Part shown: piece after piece, positions 63,763 to 64,000 of the stretch
Position numbering within the stretch: position 1 is the stretch's first letter
Layout: every line of letters begins with the position of its first letter
NCBI GenBank assembly: GCA_963847625.1
Contig: CAWKAR010000019.1
Coordinates: 32,001-96,000 of the forward strand
Source of the DNA: a candidate division FCPU426 bacterium
GTDB taxonomy: Bacteria; Oederibacteriota; Muellerivitia; Muellerivitales; Muellerivitaceae
Reading direction: 5' to 3'
Length of the DNA stretch: 64,000 nucleotides
Translations under genes and position numbers: made by a program
Notes under the pieces: generated by a model
Databases searched by the model: none
The model's input: the letters and a program-made list of their open reading frames with translations, nothing else
What the model was told of the DNA's origin: nothing

Positions 63763-63937
63763 GATTTTATTTATCCTAGTTTCTTAGATTTTGTTTTATT
63801 TGGACAGCTATGAAACCGCCCATAAGATATTAACGATTTTACCCGATATCACGCCCGCGTAAGAATAGGTTTACGCCTGGAATTCCCCATTTGGGATAAA
63901 GTCCCAATTCGTTGTACGGTTATTAAGGATGGATTCC

Positions 63938-64000
63938 GTCAAGGGACGCTCTTCGCACCGCAGCGAAGGGCAGTGCCTTCGGGTCGCCACTTGGCCGGGG
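63938..64000 (+). repeat. Second, window-truncated copy of the structured element at 35792
   Basis: GTCAAGGGACG...GGGTCGCCACTT.G.CGGGG shared, with an inserted hairpin between the blocks. Confidence 0.55.

Overview
Chromosomal window from a diderm bacterium. The lineage cannot be determined from sequence alone; the Thr/Pro-stalk proteins and PorV-like barrel recall poorly characterised candidate phyla, which is a low-confidence inference. In order along the window: uvrA (runs off the left edge); an outer-membrane cluster (LptD-like, one LptF/G permease, a PPLP-repeat exported protein, a PorV/PorQ-like barrel); a TIGR03663-like GT-C protein; an M16 peptidase; a rubrerythrin-VIT1 fusion; a ppx operon with two thymidylate-kinase-like genes; msrB; three further GT-C membrane glycosyltransferases; RluA; polyphosphate glucokinase; HPr and PilZ; TrpB2; a complete group 3b-type [NiFe]-hydrogenase operon; and an exported-hydrolase cluster. 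Three giant (1700-1850 aa) secreted proteins are dispersed through the window. Each has a different head (Cys-rich/DUF11-like, SBBP beta-propeller, expansin-like), a mucin-like Thr/Pro stalk and a T9SS-like C-terminal sorting domain. There are three IS30 elements, each with an intact 3-bp target duplication. Strongest leads: (1) a T9SS-like export plus GT-C glycosylation system for mucin-stalked surface proteins; (2) a candidate bacterial heteromeric polyphosphate kinase (PPK3-like) beside ppx; (3) an IS30 that split an XRE regulator at codon 5 yet supplies an in-frame replacement start; (4) an unannotated structured element present twice. All family calls come from motif recognition; no database searches were run.
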